Below are positions 31,396 to 36,990 of a stretch of DNA of 36,990 bases, piece by piece. The notes beneath the pieces are model-generated. The model made no database searches. It worked only from the letters and a program-made list of their open reading frames with translations, and was not told the origin of the DNA. Origin of the DNA: Jimgerdemannia flammicorona (taxonomy: Eukaryota); the NCBI GenBank assembly GCA_003990765.1, contig RBNJ01000199.1, positions 1 to 36,990 of the forward strand, given 5' to 3'. How positions within the stretch are numbered: the first letter of the stretch is position 1; the number at the start of each line of letters is the position of its first letter. Made by a program: the position numbers and the translations under genes.

Positions 31396-33457
31396 TGTAA
31401 GAGGGTTACTTTTTAGGGTAACTATTACGTAGTTCTGGAAGGGTTTTCTGGAGGTTCTGGATATTCTGGAAGACCATTTTCTTATAGTCAAGATCAATTT
31501 CATATGGAGTATGTCCTCTATGCTTATTGATTTCAAGATTAGATTGACGTCTCAACCAAAGTCCTTTTTTGGACTAGTTCTGGATGTTCAGGATTTTCTG
31601 TATTTTAGGAAGTTTAAAAAACTAAGACCAGCTTAGTTGAATTGGTGTATCGCTGCAGACAATACCCAATTAGGAAATTTCATGATGGGGATAGGATTGG
31701 GACCTAATAAGGAGCAGATTTACTTAAGAGTAGTTTGAGGGTTATTAAATAGGTTTATTTGCTATTTATGATATTACTATACTAGGAGTAGTTGTATAAA
31801 GGGATATTGTGAGGAAGTGTTCAGGAATGTTCTTGTGTGTTCGAGTCTGAGATTCTGAGATCTGGGGGAGGGGGTATTTATACTAGTGAGGGACTATCTA
31901 GACTATGCTAGATATGGATATAGCACTAAGTGCCTTGTTGAGTTGGAATACAGTCACATAGTACAAGTGTGATCTGATATGTCAAGAGATCGTCTGACTG
32001 CTGAGTCAGTTCACAGTCACGTCATACAAAGCTAATCTAACTATACTATGACTGCTAGGCTATTTATAGGTTTAGGCGCTGTCTGAGTAGTCCTCGATAA
32101 CATCACCATTGATGACATCATCTCTGATGAAGTAGTCGTCTAGGAAGAGTGGTTCGCAGATTACTTCTCCTTGTTTGCTGAGGTAGTAATATATTGGGAC
32201 TTCGTCTCCATCCCATAGGATAGCATCATCTGTCTCATAGGCTAGATAAGGTATAGGTGGATGAAGGATGGGTGTATTGTCTTCACTTTCATTGGATTCG
32301 CTGTCTGTATACCTTCTATAGGTTATAGCACTATGAGTTGCAGGATTGTAGTAAGCTGGTGGTTGTAGTTCATATTGCTCATACTCAGGTGGTGGAGTGG
32401 TTGGTTCGATCTCGAGGGTTGTCTGGAGGTACAGGTTGTGTTCTCCGGTCTCTTCATTATAGTTGAAGTAATCAGGAGTAAATGCAGGTTGGTATTCGTA
32501 CCAGTGGTCATTGTCTCAATAAGTCTCATATGCAGTTATGAACTGTTGTAAGTTCATCGGCAAGGTTGGCAGAGTGATCAGGGTTGGCAGAGATCCTTGG
32601 CTAGAGGTCATGTCAGCATCAGAGGGATCATTGTCTTCTGCTTCATCTTCATTGAAGTGGATTATATCGTAGATATCCTTCATAGTATATCCAACTTGGG
32701 GTATTTGCAGGATATGATCATTGGGGTGTGAGAAGGTTCTGTCTGTGGTTTCGACGTACTTGAGGTACTTCTGGTTGAGTTCTTGTATCATGTCATCGAT
32801 TTGGCTGTAGGACAGGATAGCAACCATTTTGCTGATAGTGACTCGGAGGCGGGGAATAATGGTACTGTACTCATAGAAGAGTTCTCAATGTTTGCAGGTG
32901 ATAAGCTTCTGGTGTTGAGACATCTGGGTAATGTCTGTATCATGGTGGTATTCAACCATATCTTTCAGGAGACAGCTGATCTGGTAGTAGCTTGAGATTT
33001 GTCCGATTCGGTGGGTCTTGCTAAGCATGTTCAGAGCATTCCATCAGGCTTCCATGAAGTAGAGGAGTGCTAAGCTATAGATATTCATGAGGGGCAGAGG
33101 GGGTGTGGCTTGGTTGACAATGGCATTCTAAATGTTAGCATGGATATGGGTATAGATCTCAGTGGTCATGTTTGTGTGTTTGGAAGTTGTAGTTGTTGTT
33201 TGTTTTAGTTCTCTGATTCGACACGTCTCAGTGCTTGATATATATGCATTTGATCCTGATTGGTAATATTCCGTTTGTATAAATCTTGTATTCTGTGACT
33301 TTGTATTGACTCAGCTTTGTATACTGTAACTTCAGGTTGACTCAGCTTTATGATCAAGCAGGTGATTTCCAGATTTGTTCAGAGGTCGCATGTGATTTCA
33401 GTGGCTTGTTCAGAGGGTGACATGTAATTTCAGTGGCTTGGAGGTTGTGCACTTACA
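31396..33457 (-). mobile_element. Solo LTR copy B, 2062 bp, the less mutated copy
   Basis: Seen: TGTAAG...CTTACA inverted termini and a perfect 5-bp TSD TCATC (31391-31395 / 33458-33462). On the minus strand, TATAAATA near 31882-31875 is followed by AATAAA at 31759-31754. Established: TG...CA ends with a 5-bp TSD are LTR retrotransposon hallmarks. Confidence 0.9.
32072..33169 (-). pseudogene. 365-aa intronless ORF of unknown function inside the LTR U3, broken by four transition-type stops
   Basis: Seen: one continuous frame from ATG 33169 to TAA 32072 (MTTEIYTHIHANI*NAIVNQATPPLP...DVIEDYSDSA) with no frameshift. The internal stops are one TAG and three TGA, restorable to TGG and CGA. Confidence 0.85.
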
Positions 33458-36400
33458 TCATCACTAATATCAAAGTCAATTAGGAGAGTACTCTCTAACA
33501 ATACTCAATTCCATCTCTACATTACTGAGCCCTATGGTATCTCTCCTTCAGCCTTCTATTAGTGAAGATCAATATAGTGTACTCTATCTACTACTCTCTA
33601 CCAGAAGCCCTTATACTGCATGCACTCACTGTTCTGAAGCCCAACCAAGAACAGTATATCTTCTATAGAGCCCCTTGGTAAGAATTTCCTCTCTCAGACC
33701 TTTTTCATCAGAGGAACCCAGCTACCACCCCTCAGTTCCATAGCTCTCTTCAGCTATCAAGCTCTTAGACAATACAGCCTCTTTGAGAAGTCAACCAGCC
33801 TAAGGCCTTCTCTAGCTATTAGTAATGACAAAATTTTTCAGCTAATCTGACTCCATCTCTTAGCTCAGATCTAACCTTTGGCTAACTTCAATAGTCTCTT
33901 TACTACCTAGGCTAGAAAGTTCAGATAATATACTAAATACCATAGCTTTAATAGCCAGTAGACATTCAAAATTGAAATACAACTCACTAAGAAGATGTAG
34001 TGGCCTCCTCAGCTCTGCAGAGCCTCCTCCCAAATAGCTATCTGCTACTCTCACCAAGGTCTCAGTAGGACTGATCCATAGACTAAAAGATAGATGCCTA
34101 AGTACTATACAGTATCTCCAGTAGAGATAATTGTTCCAATGACATCCCCTTCTATCAGACTATTGTCCAACACCATTATTTCATACTTATACATACCAGT
34201 TAAGTTTAGCCCCAGAGTGTGCCTCATATCACTCCACTATTTCCTGGAGTTTCTCAATATCAGTGATTGATCTCAGGCCAATCACTATATCATCTGCAAA
34301 GGCCCTAACTTTCTACACAATTCTAAATACCAAGAGTCCTATTATCTTTTGCTAAAATCCTATCTATCAATGGCTCTAAAGATAGAGTATACAAAATAAA
34401 AGACAGTAGATCTCTCTGAGGAACTCCTCTATCCAGAGGAAATACTACCCTCTGATGTTTATTGTATATGAGTACTGCTCTACTTCCTTTCAGTAGACTG
34501 ATCATTACTACTCAGAACTGCTGAGAGACTCTAATCCTATTTAGTATCTTTACTAACCAGACCTATCTGACATAGTTATATACCTTCTCCTAATCTAGGA
34601 AGACCAATCTCTCATTCAGTTCACAGGCTTGAGTCTCTTCAATAATATTATAAACCTAAGCTATATTATCCCTAATGAGCTAGTTCCCTATAAAATCTCA
34701 TTACTCCTTACTCAAGACTTACTGGGCCACCTTCTGCAGCCTTACAACCACTATCTTGATGATCAACTTTCTGTCCATATCTAGGAGTATAATAGGTCAC
34801 CAGTTATTCCAGTCCTCCCTCCTATTCTTGTCCTTATATAACAGTGCTACCAGCCTCAGATCCTGCTCTCCCACTCACTTCTCTGACTATAATACCAAAT
34901 TGCAAAGTGTCATTATCTCTTCCAGCACTCCAGGGACTTCCATTATCTTCTTCCAGAAGTCTCAGGACAGACCATCCTCTCCTGGTGCTATGTCTAGTAT
35001 AGTTGTAATAAGAATCTGGTGAATCTTCTCCTCCTGTACTGATATAATCAAGCTACTAAGCCCATCTACTTATGGTGAGTGCTAATTCTCCAAAGTATGT
35101 TCAATAGTGGTAGCATCAGTCCCACCCTCTTTCTCACTCCACAAACCACTTCATCTCTCCTTCAGCAAGCTTAGAATATTTTATAGACCATATATCAGCA
35201 GACTATCAGAATCTAGTACCCCCTCCCATCTCTGCCTCACTCTCCTCACCTGAAGGATCCTTGAGAGATACTTAGAGGGCCTCTCTATCTCCTCTAGCCC
35301 CTGCCAGCATAGCTATATAGCCAAACTTCACACCCATATCTCCTCCTCTCTCAATACTTGTTATAACTTAGTGATCTCTAGCTTAGCTTGCATCAATCTC
35401 TAGTTCTCTACCCTCTCCAAGATCAAAAGACCTGCTCAATTTTCCTGAAGCCAGGTCAATCTAGTAGAAGCTCAGGTTATCCTCCTCTTCCTCTGTCTTC
35501 CTGCTATCTTACCAGCCTCATCTTAGTAAACCCTAGCAGTCTCCTTCAACCTCACCTATTGAACACTAACTGGGACACTCTTATGGACCCAACTCTCCAC
35601 TTTTCACCAAATGTTCTCAGCCCAATTATCTCATAACTCCTTCTTAGCTAACAAAGAGGAATTGAGATACTAATGTTCAGGCCTATCCCTACTTCCCCCA
35701 AACCACCCATGCCCTAATAAGCCTTAATAGTCTAACTATAGACAGACTTCCAGACATCTAGACCCCAGTAATTGGCTATCAGCACCCAGTTAATTCTAGT
35801 CTTCAGACCACTCACCCAATAGGTATAGATCCTCCTATCTCCCCACATTGCCCATCCAGCATCTACTAAGGAACTAAGTTACTCTACCTCCTCCCAATTC
35901 TTCAGACCACTACTCCTGCTCTCTGCATTTCTCCCCCCATCTGTCTTGTCCAACTGTGCCAAGCAAACTATATTGAAGTTCCCTCCAAACACCTCTACTC
36001 CTGTCTCTGTAAGTACTCCACTATCTAAAAGACTATTAATTCACTCTATATACTTGCTCCTGATCACAGGACAGTAGCAAGATCCAACTATAATCTAGAC
36101 TAATACCACTCTCTCTAAACCATATGATTTTCCCAGTTTCTACTTTCACATATTTCTCCTCACCCTTTCTATACTAGTAGCCCAATCTTGCTATTTCAGA
36201 CTGCTACTCTACCCCATTCTCTTGTCTACTTCTATTAATCAAGATTCTCCTCATATCATACATTCTATAGAAGAAAGAGATCAGCCTCTAATCTCTTTAA
36301 CCAAGTGAAAATGTTATGTTACCTTCTAGCACCCCACAGGCTATTTATATTCAATGAGAAAATGTTAGTTATACTATTTATAAGAAATAATGTTAAAATA

Positions 36401-36979
36401 GATGCATCTACTTTACAACTCTATGTTTACTTTCTCTCTAGCCAAGTCTAATCTATACTCAGTAGTAGCTTCTGCTCTCTCAACCAGCTTAGCTTCCAGT
36501 TCACCCAAAAGCTCATCCATCACTATATTATTCTTCAACTCTATTTCCTCCCAGTACTTCAAATAAGCCTCTTGCCAAATTTCCAATTCATGCCTCTGTT
36601 CTCACCAGAAGACTGTATGCTCTCTAATAGCCACCACCATCTCTGCCTTCCTTACAACATCTATCTCATAACCCTCCTCATCCAAATATACTGTCAGCAC
36701 CTCTTTCACCAGAGCCTCCACAATACCATCTCTCTGCAGAATTCTTATCCAGTGCTCCTCACTGATAACTCACAAGTCTATATCTCCCAACTCCTCAGCC
36801 ACTAAGTTGTTCATTACCTGGTATAGCTACTGCAAGTTCTCAATCTCCTTGCCCCTAGGTATTGCTAGTCAGCTAGCCCCAAGTATCATAGTGTCTGCCC
36901 CAGTACTCACAGACTCATTCCACTTCTCCTCAGGGATATCTACTAGCTCCTCCTCTCTAATCTCAACTATCTACCTCTC

Positions 36980-36990
36980 TTTTTTTTTTT
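36980..36990 (-). repeat. Start of a poly(T) run, possibly the tail of another retroposon inserted in LINE copy 3 ORF1
   Basis: Seen: homology to copies 1 and 2 is replaced by a T run at the window edge. Confidence 0.4.

Larger units (their letters stand above)
30567..36979 (-). mobile_element. Degenerate L1/Tx1-like LINE, copy 3; interrupted by solo LTR copy B; 5' part missing from the window
   Basis: Seen: poly(T) at 30567-30617 followed by the reverse complement of the shared 3' end (ccaagNNactat). RT fragments DRGVPQRDLLS and FADD are present, and the ORF2 start reads ATA at 36381. ORF1 homology stops at a new poly(T) at 36980. Confidence 0.9.

Overview
Eukaryotic, intron-rich fungal DNA; the gene architecture and L1/Tx1-type LINEs suggest an early-diverging lineage such as Mucoromycota (inference, not verified). 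The window alternates between CpG-rich gene islands and CpG-free transposon islands. Genes: the first exon of a type II membrane protein (minus, 16-490), an intronless small heat-shock protein (19998-20555), INO80B/Ies2 with PAPA-1 and zf-HIT domains (minus, 24564-26127), and a head-to-head ATRIP/Rad26 homologue (26355-30052). The transposon islands (~1.1-18.2 kb and ~30.3-37 kb) can be taken apart using their target-site duplications (TSDs). They hold three copies of a ~5.9 kb L1/Tx1-like LINE, two copies of a ~2.06 kb TG...CA solo LTR that carries a hidden 365-aa ORF in its U3, a hAT-like element with a perfect 8-bp TSD and two nested palindromic sites, and a second poly(A) retroposon fragment. 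A decayed Scc3/STAG-like cohesin gene fragment borders the first island. All repeats show heavy one-directional C>T/G>A change at CpG and also at CpA, affecting even LTR termini and TSDs, while neighbouring genes are untouched. This RIP-like signature and the LTR-borne ORF are the most interesting signals.
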